Below, in pieces: positions 39,761 to 48,448 of a stretch of 53,906 nucleotides of DNA (positions are counted from its first letter, which is position 1; every line of letters starts with the position of its first letter). Both the position numbers and the translations under genes were made by a program. Under the pieces are notes generated by a model. That model made no database searches and had not been told where the DNA came from. It saw only the letters and a list, made by a program, of their open reading frames with translations. Source of the DNA: Chitinophagales bacterium (lineage in GTDB: Bacteria > Bacteroidota > Bacteroidia > Chitinophagales > BACL12); NCBI GenBank assembly GCA_019694895.1, contig JAIBBA010000004.1, positions 1 to 53,906 of the forward strand, in the 5' to 3' direction.

Positions 39761-41638
39761 TCAAGGTATTGGAATATTGAATGTCAATTGAGTTCCGGTA
39801 TTCCCGGAGCAGATGTCGAACTGCGCGTCTATATTTTCTGCTCGTCGGCGCATATTTTGAAGTCCGTTGCCATTTCCTGCATTGGCAATATCAAATCCGC
39901 GACCGTCATCAGTGACACTCAAATTGATACTATCAGGTTTGTACTTGATCGACAATAGCACATTCTTCGCCTGAGCATATTTTGCACTGTTATTTAAAGC
40001 CTCCTTGAGGATCATGTAAATTTGATGTCTTACAGCCATAGGCACTTCTTTGGAAGAAATATCGCCGGTAATCTCGACTTTAAAATTGGTGTTTCCTGCG
40101 CCAAATATTTTATATCCGAAATTCGACAAGCGCGTGGTAAGTTGTTCAAAACTATCGTTGCGCGGGTTTACGGCCCATACCAGGTCGCTCATATTATCCA
40201 TCAACTCTCGTGAAGTATTAGCTATTTCGCTGCCATAATTAATTGCTGCCGGATAGTCAGATGCCTGCAGGGTGTTTTTCAATACTTCACTATATAAGCC
40301 AATACTACTCAATGCAGAACCTATTTCATCATGCAAATCGGCAGAGATGCGCAGTCTGTCGTCTGCTAATTTCTTTTCATACTCCAGCTTTCTTTTGAGT
40401 TGCCGCTGACGCATATAAAACAATATGGCACCAATAATTATCAGCGTACCTCCTGCTAACAGGCTACCTACAAAGCGTTGTCGGGCAATAACACCTGCCT
40501 GCATGGCGGATGTTGCTTTTTCTTCTGCAATAATCCGGTCCTTTTTCTCAGTTTCGTAGGCAAGTTGTAACTGCGCAATTTTTTCTGTTTTTTCAAGTGT
40601 ATACACTTCTTCATTCAATGCCAACGCCTGAGAAACGGCTTCATAGGCATCTGCAGTTCTTCCCTGATTGATATAAACCGTTGCCAGTAATTTATAATTT
40701 GTAATCAATTGTGTTTTCAATTCCTGATCAGTACAAATTTTATTGCTCTCCAGCAGGTATCTTATCGCTAATTCATCATTACCGGTTTGCACATAAAAAT
40801 CACCAAGATTGCTGGTTACGGCTGCGAGTTCTGTGCTTCCTGTGGATTTATAGATATTGTAAGCAAATTGAAAATAAAATAAAATACTATCTTTTGGAAG
40901 GGGGTTTTGCTCCATCAATATCAGGCCGAGTGTATTGGATGCATCAGCCAGCAAATCGTCAGAAACACTATCAGCCAAAGAGATGGTTTCCAGTAAATAT
41001 GGTTTGGCTTTTGCCATATTCGCACCTTGCTCATAATATACATTAGCAAGATTATTGCAAATACGTGCCAGTCGCTGTTCTTCTATGTTATTTGTTTTTT
41101 TTGCAACTTGATATCCTGACAGCAGATATTCTTCAGCAAGCGCATAGTCACCATTATTTTTGTAAGACAATCCAAGATTATTATAATTATCTACCACTAC
41201 ACCCTTTTCAGCAACTTTTTCATTAATACGCAAAGCGGAAAGTTGATAAAAAATTGCTGAATCAATCATTTCCTTTTCGTTGTATACATTGCCAAGATTA
41301 GTATAGCACTTAGCTATACCAATTGAATCATGATCGGCACTCCTGTAGTGAAGACTTTTTTTATAGTTAGATACAGCTTCATTCAACCTACCCGCATTTT
41401 TATCCAACAGTCCCAATCGCGTATAGGCATCGCCTAGGCCATGCAGGTAATTAATTTGCTCTGACAGATTCAATGCTGATTTAGCTAGCTCGAGGGCCTG
41501 AGTGGTATCCTTTTTAATAAGATCGAAGGACATTTTGTTAAGCGCATTGATCCTGGCTGTGTCGTTACCGGTGCCTGCATTCATCAGGAAGGAATAACTA
41601 ACTAGCAGCAAGAACAAATAAAAAGCCCCTGATCTCAT
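39761..41638 (-). CDS. TPR-repeat sensor histidine kinase (HisKA_3/HATPase_c)
   Basis: 625 aa. Signal/anchor, then ~350 aa of TPR-like repeats, a coiled coil and a TM (LLAGGTLIIIGAILFYM). H-box ISADLHDEIGSALS. N/G boxes (EALNNSAKYA, DDGRGF, GNGLQNM). Confidence 0.85.
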   Translation of the reverse strand: MRSGAFYLFLLLVSYSFLMNAGTGNDTARINALNKMSFDLIKKDTTQALELAKSALNLSEQINYLHGLGDAYTRLGLLDKNAGRLNEAVSNYKKSLHYRSADHDSIGIAKCYTNLGNVYNEKEMIDSAIFYQLSALRINEKVAEKGVVVDNYNNLGLSYKNNGDYALAEEYLLSGYQVAKKTNNIEEQRLARICNNLANVYYEQGANMAKAKPYLLETISLADSVSDDLLADASNTLGLILMEQNPLPKDSILFYFQFAYNIYKSTGSTELAAVTSNLGDFYVQTGNDELAIRYLLESNKICTDQELKTQLITNYKLLATVYINQGRTADAYEAVSQALALNEEVYTLEKTEKIAQLQLAYETEKKDRIIAEEKATSAMQAGVIARQRFVGSLLAGGTLIIIGAILFYMRQRQLKRKLEYEKKLADDRLRISADLHDEIGSALSSIGLYSEVLKNTLQASDYPAAINYGSEIANTSRELMDNMSDLVWAVNPRNDSFEQLTTRLSNFGYKIFGAGNTNFKVEITGDISSKEVPMAVRHQIYMILKEALNNSAKYAQAKNVLLSIKYKPDSINLSVTDDGRGFDIANAGNGNGLQNMRRRAENIDAQFDICSGNTGTQLTFNIPIP

Positions 41639-41686
41639 GTAGGTGTGTTTACTGCTAAGGTAAGCAACAACAGAGACTTATCGGTT

Positions 41687-42379
41687 TTAGTCATCACCAG
41701 AAGCATCTGCCTCGCTATCGGTGGTTGAGCCCTTTGTCTTTTTAGGGTTTGAACCATCAACACGCAACTCAAGTGTCTCATAAGTTGTTGGATCATAGCC
41801 ATCGGCACTTCCAATCTCATAAGTAAAATGCGGGGTAACGGCATTTGTGTAAATATTAGCCTGAACAACATTTACATTTAGTCGCATAATAAAATCAGAT
41901 TGATTACCAACGGGATTTGAAGGTTGAGAGATATTCACTTGACTCAATTCATCAGGACCAAGTTCCAATAAACCATGGTATTTGAGTGTACCAGTTCTGA
42001 TAAACTGTAAGTATGAAAACAACTTATAGTCGACAGCATCAAAATCATTTGCACCAATTTTAATAGTTGTTCTTCCAACCATATTGTTCTGATAAACCAC
42101 ACGCACAACAATTTTACTAAAGTTCGTACTACTAAATCCATTCAAAGTTGAACAGTCAATTATTGTTTTAACAACTTGCGATCCTGTAGTAACAGTTGTA
42201 AGTGTGAGGGTAAGCAAATAAGTATTGGAATTTTGTGGAGCACCGCTTGCCTGCAATGCATATGCAGCACCGGTTTGAGGACCTTTAACATACACCTCTA
42301 TTTTCAAAGGTGTTCCGCTCTCATCTAAATAAACGTACGGCTTGTTTGCGAGCATGTTAGTGGGAAAGGTAAGTGCCAT
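41687..42379 (-). CDS. Hypothetical all-beta protein with acidic disordered tail, coupled to the S8 peptidase
   Basis: 230 aa with no signal peptide. Its start is 3 nt after the peptidase stop. It contains a Thr/Ser-rich alternating segment TYLLTLTLTTVTTGSQVVKTII. The C-terminus reads SNPKKTKGSTTDSEADASGDD. Confidence 0.7.
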   Translation of the reverse strand: MALTFPTNMLANKPYVYLDESGTPLKIEVYVKGPQTGAAYALQASGAPQNSNTYLLTLTLTTVTTGSQVVKTIIDCSTLNGFSSTNFSKIVVRVVYQNNMVGRTTIKIGANDFDAVDYKLFSYLQFIRTGTLKYHGLLELGPDELSQVNISQPSNPVGNQSDFIMRLNVNVVQANIYTNAVTPHFTYEIGSADGYDPTTYETLELRVDGSNPKKTKGSTTDSEADASGDD

Positions 42380-42382
42380 TGA

Positions 42383-43735
42383 TCAATGATTTTGAATGTA
42401 ATTAATTGCCTTAATAAGATCGAAAATGCGGAAATTCCTAAACGGTGAGTGAGCACCCGTGAGGCCTCCAATTGCTGCATGCGTTGTAGATGTTGGTGGT
42501 TGAACGGTATGTCCGAAGCCATCGAAATTTCTTTCTTCGCCGGTGCTTTTCAATGCGGTAAATATTTTTTGAATGGGGACACAAGATTCATGTATATGCA
42601 ACTTATTTCTGATTTTCTGCTGCAATAGCAATACCATTCCCGCTAAGACACCGGCAGCCTGGCTTGTACCCGACATAACGGTGTATCCTTGAGGATATTG
42701 ACCTGGTAGGACAGCGTGCTGAATCGGCCGATTGTCTAATGATACCATTTGCAATCCGGGCACTGCAACAAATAAGGAAAGGTTAGATGTATCATTTGTT
42801 TCTTTGCGGATACGTTGTGTAAAAATAGCCATATCGTCTTTTTGAAAAGAAACGGTATCGCCTAAATCCGATCTGCTTACGTAGTAAATACCATCATCAT
42901 TCGCGGTTGCGCCTGCACAAATAATATGCTGACTGACGGCAGGAAAAGCAAGTCCGGTATGCTCAAGAACTTGTGGTGTTTTATGTTTTTTACCGAAGCC
43001 ATCTGTAATTGTTCTTGAAGAGACATCAGCAAAATCAATAAAATGGTTGCCACTCGACACCACCACGACAATATTACTTTCACAACAGATTTTAAAAAGC
43101 TTCATCAACCTGTTATTTGTTGTATCAAATTCATTTGCGTTGTTGAAATTATCAAAGCTATTAAAGCAAATGAGCACACAACTAACCTTATTATAAGGTT
43201 TAGTACCGGCATCAGCATTGTAGTTCAACACTTGATCAAGGCCATCAGCTATTCGTTTCCAGGTGGTGGTGTCTTCATTTCCTTCGGTAACTTTTACAGA
43301 TACAATTTTTGCTTTTGGTGCAATTCCGGAAAATTTAGCGAGAGCTTTACTTCTACCGGCAGCTGCCAAACCGGCTACATGTGTACCATGCCCGTGTAAA
43401 TCATGAATATCTGATGTTGGCAATTTCTCGCCCTTGTAGTTCATGGATAAAATAACTCTGGCTCCAAAATCAGGATGTTCGGCATATATTCCTGTATCCA
43501 AAACCGCCAACACACTGCCTTCACCATCTAATCCGGTGCCGGTTACATTAAATATTTTGGTTGCATTATGCACTGCCAGGTCCGCAACTTCTACGGGTAC
43601 ATCAATTTTTGTACCGGTAGGTTTTGGCCCAAGAAAATTTATGGGTTTAAGCAGAGGCACCATACCTGTTCCTTGTTCGGTAGTATACCGTGTGTGCATT
43701 TTTAAGTTACTGTCATTGACAATCTTGATAGCCAT
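42383..43735 (-). CDS. S8 family serine peptidase (subtilase) without signal peptide
   Basis: 450 aa. Catalytic triad motifs AVLDTGI (Asp), HGHGTHVAG (His), MSGTSQAAG (Ser). The N-terminus MAIKIVNDSNLK... is not hydrophobic. Confidence 0.9.
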   Translation of the reverse strand: MAIKIVNDSNLKMHTRYTTEQGTGMVPLLKPINFLGPKPTGTKIDVPVEVADLAVHNATKIFNVTGTGLDGEGSVLAVLDTGIYAEHPDFGARVILSMNYKGEKLPTSDIHDLHGHGTHVAGLAAAGRSKALAKFSGIAPKAKIVSVKVTEGNEDTTTWKRIADGLDQVLNYNADAGTKPYNKVSCVLICFNSFDNFNNANEFDTTNNRLMKLFKICCESNIVVVVSSGNHFIDFADVSSRTITDGFGKKHKTPQVLEHTGLAFPAVSQHIICAGATANDDGIYYVSRSDLGDTVSFQKDDMAIFTQRIRKETNDTSNLSLFVAVPGLQMVSLDNRPIQHAVLPGQYPQGYTVMSGTSQAAGVLAGMVLLLQQKIRNKLHIHESCVPIQKIFTALKSTGEERNFDGFGHTVQPPTSTTHAAIGGLTGAHSPFRNFRIFDLIKAINYIQNH

Positions 43736-43754
43736 GTAGTTTCGATTTACAAGT

Positions 43755-43762
43755 CAAAAGTA
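43755..43762 (-). promoter_or_regulatory. Candidate -7 promoter box for the S8 peptidase operon
   Basis: The minus strand reads tacttttg (TAnnTTTG), ~20 nt upstream of the ATG at 43735. Confidence 0.3.
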
Positions 43763-43855
43763 GAATAATACCTTAAAATACACAATCCCCCGACCGGGTG
43801 AACCTTACTGCATTGATAAACCTTGTCAGCCTTGGGTTGACTGTGAATAATTGAA

Positions 43856-43863
43856 TAGCTTTG
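43856..43863 (+). promoter_or_regulatory. Candidate -7 promoter box for the radical SAM operon (would give a leaderless or very short-leader mRNA)
   Basis: tagctttg (TAnnTTTG) ends 4 nt before the ATG at 43868. Confidence 0.3.
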
Positions 43864-43867
43864 TTGC

Positions 43868-45238
43868 ATGCAGGTAATACTCACTCATGGGTATTCAATT
43901 ATTGATGATGTGCGAGAGCAGCAGATCATGAAGCCTTATGCACCATTAGGAATTCTTTACATTTCCGGTTGGCTGGATGCACATGGCATTAACAATCATG
44001 TGATAGACACCACATTCATTACACAAGACGAGCAATGGAATCAAATAAAAGAAGCAAAACCTGAATTCCTTGGTGTTTATGTGAATTTGATGACCAGGAA
44101 AAATGTTGTTCAACTCATCAAAAAAATAAAGCAAGAGATAAATCTCAAGCACACTAAAATTATTCTTGGCGGTCCGGAAGTGCGAAATAATGCACAACAA
44201 TGGTTGCAAACGGGAGCAGATGTATTAGTTGTTGGCGAAGGGGAGATCACTTTTGAAACATTAGTGACAAGCTGGAAAACACATAAAGATCTTTATCAAA
44301 TTGCCGGCATATATTTTTTGGATGAGAGCGGAAATATGCATTTCACCGGTGAACGTGAAAAGATAAAAGATATTGACATTTTACCTTTCCCTGCACGTCA
44401 GCATATCTCCATTCAAAAATATCTGGAGGTATGGAAATCGCGTCACGGCAAAAACGCCATTTCAGTTTCTACAATGCGTGGCTGCCCATATACTTGTAAG
44501 TGGTGTAGTCGCGCAGTATATGGCATGAGTTACCGCCGGCGTTCACCACAAAAAGTTGTAGAGGAGTTGCAACACATTCAAGAAGTTTATAATCCCGATA
44601 CTATTTGGTTTGTCGATGATGTGTTTACGATCAGTCATAAATGGTTAGAAGAATTTGCACGTTGCGTTAAAGAAGCAAATTTGACACTGCCATACGAATG
44701 TATTTCCCGGGCAGATAGAATGAATGCTGAAGTAATTCATTTACTGAAAGAAAGCGGATGTTTCAGAGTATGGATTGGCGCTGAAAGTGGCTCGCAGCGT
44801 ATCATTGATGCGATGGACCGAAGGGTGAAAGTGGAAAGTGTGCAGGAAATGATCAGACTATCCAATGCAAATGGTATAGAAACAGGCACCTTTATTATGT
44901 TGGGCTATCCGGGCGAAACAGAATTGGACATTGTCCAAACCGTGAAACATCTGAAGGCTGCATTACCGGATTTATTTACCATTACAACTGCATATCCCAT
45001 CAGAGGAACAGAGTTATTTGCAGAAATACAAAACGACATCATCAATGAACCGGACTGGGCTAATTCAAGCGACAGGGATGTCACTTTCAAGCGCAATTAT
45101 CCGGAATCCTACTATAAACATGCTGTAAGATACGTAGTGAATGAAACAAACTATGCAAAAAGCAAGGCACCATTGTTAAAGTTGAAATCCATGTTAGCGC
45201 GAATGATGATGTGGTATACCAGAAAATTCGCTGTATGA
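43868..45238 (+). CDS. B12-binding-domain (class B-like) radical SAM protein, paralog 1
   Basis: 456 aa. N-terminal Rossmann-like domain (PLGILYISG..., ILGGPE). Cluster motif MRGCPYTCKWC. WIGAESGSQRIIDAMDR, GYPGET. Confidence 0.85.
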   Translation: MQVILTHGYSIIDDVREQQIMKPYAPLGILYISGWLDAHGINNHVIDTTFITQDEQWNQIKEAKPEFLGVYVNLMTRKNVVQLIKKIKQEINLKHTKIILGGPEVRNNAQQWLQTGADVLVVGEGEITFETLVTSWKTHKDLYQIAGIYFLDESGNMHFTGEREKIKDIDILPFPARQHISIQKYLEVWKSRHGKNAISVSTMRGCPYTCKWCSRAVYGMSYRRRSPQKVVEELQHIQEVYNPDTIWFVDDVFTISHKWLEEFARCVKEANLTLPYECISRADRMNAEVIHLLKESGCFRVWIGAESGSQRIIDAMDRRVKVESVQEMIRLSNANGIETGTFIMLGYPGETELDIVQTVKHLKAALPDLFTITTAYPIRGTELFAEIQNDIINEPDWANSSDRDVTFKRNYPESYYKHAVRYVVNETNYAKSKAPLLKLKSMLARMMMWYTRKFAV

Positions 45239-46272
45239 CGAAGCTGATACTTGTAAGCCCGGGATTTCCTGCCGATGAAAACGACAGCGCTGCGGTGCCA
45301 TATCTGCAAGATTATTGCCTTCACTTATTAAAAAAGGTGCCCGCAGAAAATATTAATATCGTTAGCACACAATATCCATATACTCCAAAACCATATTTAT
45401 GGAATGGGATTCAAGTCTACCCCATAGGCGGGAAAAACAGAAAAGGCATTTACCAACTTATTAATCATATTAAAACCAAAAAGCGTTTAAAAAGTATTGT
45501 TGGCAAGGAGCCTGCCGTCATCCATGCATTTTGGTTGAGCGATGCAGCAATGAGTGCTTCTTCGTTCGCAGCTAAACGTAAATTACCATGCCTTGTAACA
45601 TTGATGGGGCAAGATGCAAAAGCAGGTAATCCTTATTTTAAATTAGTATCAAAACATGTTGCATTTACATCTTTATGCAATTTTCAGGCTAATGTTTTTC
45701 GAAATGATTATCAAACTGTAGTAAAGGCAGTAATACCGCTTCCATTACCCTCGATTGATTTACGCCCTGTTATTTCAAGGTCAATAGATTTATTGTTTGT
45801 AGGATCATATATTCAAGTAAAACAGCCATTACAATTTATTGAAATTGTTGCCGAAATAAAGAAAAAACACAGCGGTGTCAGGGCTGTAATGATTGGAGGA
45901 GGTCCACTCTTAGCTGAAATAAATTCACGCGTTGTTGCATTGCATCTGCAAGATCATATTGTTGTGCTGGAAAGCATAAACCGAGATGAGGTATTCGAAT
46001 ACATGCAGCGCTCTAAAATTTTGGTACATACATCAAGTTTTGAAGGCCAATGCAATGTTTACGGGGAGGCGCTGCTTTGTGGAATGCATGTGCTCAGCTA
46101 CAACGTTGGTTATATTGCAGATTCACCGAAGCATATTGTATGTGCGGATAAAAACGAATTTGTGTTAAAAATCATGCAATTACTTTTGCATCCTATTAAC
46201 TTTACTCCCGTTCGTTCTATTGATGATGAACAATGTATTAATGCATATTTGAACCTGTACGGGATGTCATGA
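45235..46272 (+). CDS. GT4/GT-B glycosyltransferase
   Basis: The ATG at 45235 overlaps the upstream stop (ATGA). E-x7-E motif SSFEGQCNVYGEALLCG. The ORF track start (GTG 45211) is less likely. Confidence 0.8.
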   Translation: MTKLILVSPGFPADENDSAAVPYLQDYCLHLLKKVPAENINIVSTQYPYTPKPYLWNGIQVYPIGGKNRKGIYQLINHIKTKKRLKSIVGKEPAVIHAFWLSDAAMSASSFAAKRKLPCLVTLMGQDAKAGNPYFKLVSKHVAFTSLCNFQANVFRNDYQTVVKAVIPLPLPSIDLRPVISRSIDLLFVGSYIQVKQPLQFIEIVAEIKKKHSGVRAVMIGGGPLLAEINSRVVALHLQDHIVVLESINRDEVFEYMQRSKILVHTSSFEGQCNVYGEALLCGMHVLSYNVGYIADSPKHIVCADKNEFVLKIMQLLLHPINFTPVRSIDDEQCINAYLNLYGMS

Positions 46273-47786
46273 CCAAGGAAGAAGCACAATTCGGTATATT
46301 ATTGTTCAATCCGCGGGCTGCGAAGCACAAGGCCAGGATACCGAATTCTATTCTATCAATTGCGGCCGCCATTGCCGGAAAATATCCCTATATCATTGTA
46401 GATGGCAATCGCGAGGATGATCCTCTTTCCATAATTATGCAGCATTTGCAAACCGGAAAATTCAACGTATTTGCATGCACTGTAATGCCCGGGCCGCAAC
46501 TGAAACAAGCAATTCCCATTACAAAACAAATCAAGTCACTTTTTCCCGACATATATATTGTATGGGGAGGCTATTTTGCAAGCAATCAATCCGGCGTAGT
46601 GATGCAGTCGGGATGGGTGGATAGTATAGTGTATGGTCCGGGTGATCGTGCATTTCCGATGCTAATAGATGCGCTAGAACAGGATGGGCCTCTTGACATG
46701 ATTCCAAATTTGATTTGGAAAAACGGTGGTGAGGTTCATAAAAATCACAAGGATGAATTATATGATCAAGACACCTTACCGGCATTGCCGTATCAAGCAT
46801 TACATGATTTTTACGACATGCGCGGTTATTTGGGAAAGACAATTCTTGGCAACAAAACAATCGCCTATCATAGCAGCATTGGTTGTCCTTTCACCTGTGC
46901 TTTCTGTGGTATAGTTCCTATTTACAATGCGCGTTGGAAGGGTAGATCAGCAGAATTAATTTACAAGGATATTCAATTTCTGAAAAACACCTACGGTGGC
47001 GATGCTATTGAATTTCACGATAATAATTTCTTTGTATCAGAGAAAAGAACCGCTGATTTCTCAACACTCATGCTTAATGAAAACATGCAATGGTGGGGAG
47101 AGGGTCGCATTGATACCATACACAAATACAGCGATGATACCCTACAATTGATGCGTGATGCCGGTTGCAAAATGATATTCTTTGGCGCAGAGACCGGCAA
47201 CGATGCAGTTTTACAATTAATGGACAAAGGAGGCACACAAACAGCGGATCAAATCAGAGCCTTTGCAGCGCGTTTGAAGAAATTTGATATTATTCCGGAA
47301 TATTCATTTGTGTTAGGCACCCCGGGCAAAGACGAAGCAGAAACCTTGCAGAGGATTGAAGAAGATATCGCATTTATTCGGGAGATAAAATCTATCAATC
47401 CGCAAACTGAGATTATCATATATGTGTATTCTCCGGTACCGACAGAAGGCAGTGAATTATTTTCAGCCGTGCAAGCAGGAGGATTTCATTTTCCACAACA
47501 ACTCGAAGACTGGATATCACCGGCATGGGAATCCTTCGATTTACGAAAAAATCCGCTTACCCCGTGGCTTAAACCATATATGATAGACAAAATCAGGTCA
47601 TTTGAAGTTGTGTTGAATGGCGCATATCCAACGGTGAGCGATATCAAATTAAAATCCTTCGACAAAAAACTCATGCGTTCACTTGCATCATGGCGATATA
47701 AAACAGAGTTTTACAAATTCCCGATAGAAGTAAAGCTCATGCAAAAACTACTGCGATATCGACAACCTGAAATTGAAGGATTTTGA
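46269..47786 (+). CDS. B12-binding-domain radical SAM protein (distinct subfamily with long C-terminal extension)
   Basis: 505 aa. ATGA overlap with the GT gene. VWGGYFAS N-terminal domain. Cluster motif SIGCPFTCAFC. FFGAETGND. Confidence 0.85.
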   Translation: MTKEEAQFGILLFNPRAAKHKARIPNSILSIAAAIAGKYPYIIVDGNREDDPLSIIMQHLQTGKFNVFACTVMPGPQLKQAIPITKQIKSLFPDIYIVWGGYFASNQSGVVMQSGWVDSIVYGPGDRAFPMLIDALEQDGPLDMIPNLIWKNGGEVHKNHKDELYDQDTLPALPYQALHDFYDMRGYLGKTILGNKTIAYHSSIGCPFTCAFCGIVPIYNARWKGRSAELIYKDIQFLKNTYGGDAIEFHDNNFFVSEKRTADFSTLMLNENMQWWGEGRIDTIHKYSDDTLQLMRDAGCKMIFFGAETGNDAVLQLMDKGGTQTADQIRAFAARLKKFDIIPEYSFVLGTPGKDEAETLQRIEEDIAFIREIKSINPQTEIIIYVYSPVPTEGSELFSAVQAGGFHFPQQLEDWISPAWESFDLRKNPLTPWLKPYMIDKIRSFEVVLNGAYPTVSDIKLKSFDKKLMRSLASWRYKTEFYKFPIEVKLMQKLLRYRQPEIEGF

Positions 47787-48448
47787 AGCGCAAATTGATG
47801 AAATTTTTTACGGCCTGGTTTGTTCAACCGTATGTGCGGAGGAAAATGCAGCGTTCGTCATTTTATAAATGGGAGGATGTTACCTTGTTTTTACCTCCGG
47901 GTGTATTTCATCCCGGTTACTTTTATAGTACCAAATATTTACTTCAATTCATACTTAAACAGCATATTTCAGGTAAACAATTACTAGAGTTAGGTGCCGG
48001 CAATGGCCTCATCAGCATTGCATCGGCAAAAAGGGGTGCAAAAGTAAGTGCAAGTGATATTAGTAAAGAAGCCTTGCGGTCATTACGGGATAATGCACGG
48101 ACAAATCATGTTGGGTTAACAATCATTGAAAGTGATTTATTCGAACAGATTCCGGATGCTCCCTATGATTACATCGTAATCAATCCGCCATTTTATCCAT
48201 TAGATCCACGTAACGACCTGGAACGCGCCTGGTATTGCGGGCAAGACTATGCATATTTCAGAAAAATGTTTGAGCAACTTCCTGTATTTATGCACCCACA
48301 AACAAAAGTATATATGATATTATCTGAAGATACCGGTATCGGGCAGATAGAAAATTTAGCTGGATTTGGCAATTTGCGGCTAGAAATGACAGAAAAGAAA
48401 CAAATATTCTACGAATGGAACTATATTTATGAAATAGTTCGCGCATGA
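47783..48448 (+). CDS. Small-domain SAM methyltransferase with NPPF motif (HemK/RsmC-like)
   Basis: 221 aa. LELGAGNGLISIA (motif I), ASDIS, IVINPPFYP (motif IV). The TTG at 47783 overlaps the upstream stop (TTGA). An alternative ATG is at 47798. Confidence 0.75.
   Translation: MKRKLMKFFTAWFVQPYVRRKMQRSSFYKWEDVTLFLPPGVFHPGYFYSTKYLLQFILKQHISGKQLLELGAGNGLISIASAKRGAKVSASDISKEALRSLRDNARTNHVGLTIIESDLFEQIPDAPYDYIVINPPFYPLDPRNDLERAWYCGQDYAYFRKMFEQLPVFMHPQTKVYMILSEDTGIGQIENLAGFGNLRLEMTEKKQIFYEWNYIYEIVRA

Noticed and set aside
41635-41871. 78-aa minus-strand ORF bridging the partner protein and the kinase
   Set aside because: It overlaps the 3' part of 41687..42379 in another frame and the kinase start. 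Its composition is not protein-like.
33556-43801. Recurrent gggtgaa heptamer in several intergenic regions (33557, 38899, 38961, 37409, 43795)
   Set aside because: A 7-mer is expected several times by chance in ~108 kb of two-strand sequence. I only inspected intergenic regions, so there is ascertainment bias. The flanks are not conserved.
45211-45234. GTG start at 45211 for the glycosyltransferase (28-nt overlap with the upstream gene)
   Set aside because: The ATG at 45235 gives an ATGA overlap identical to the other junctions in the operon. It also gives a typical GT N-terminus (MTKLILVSPGFP).
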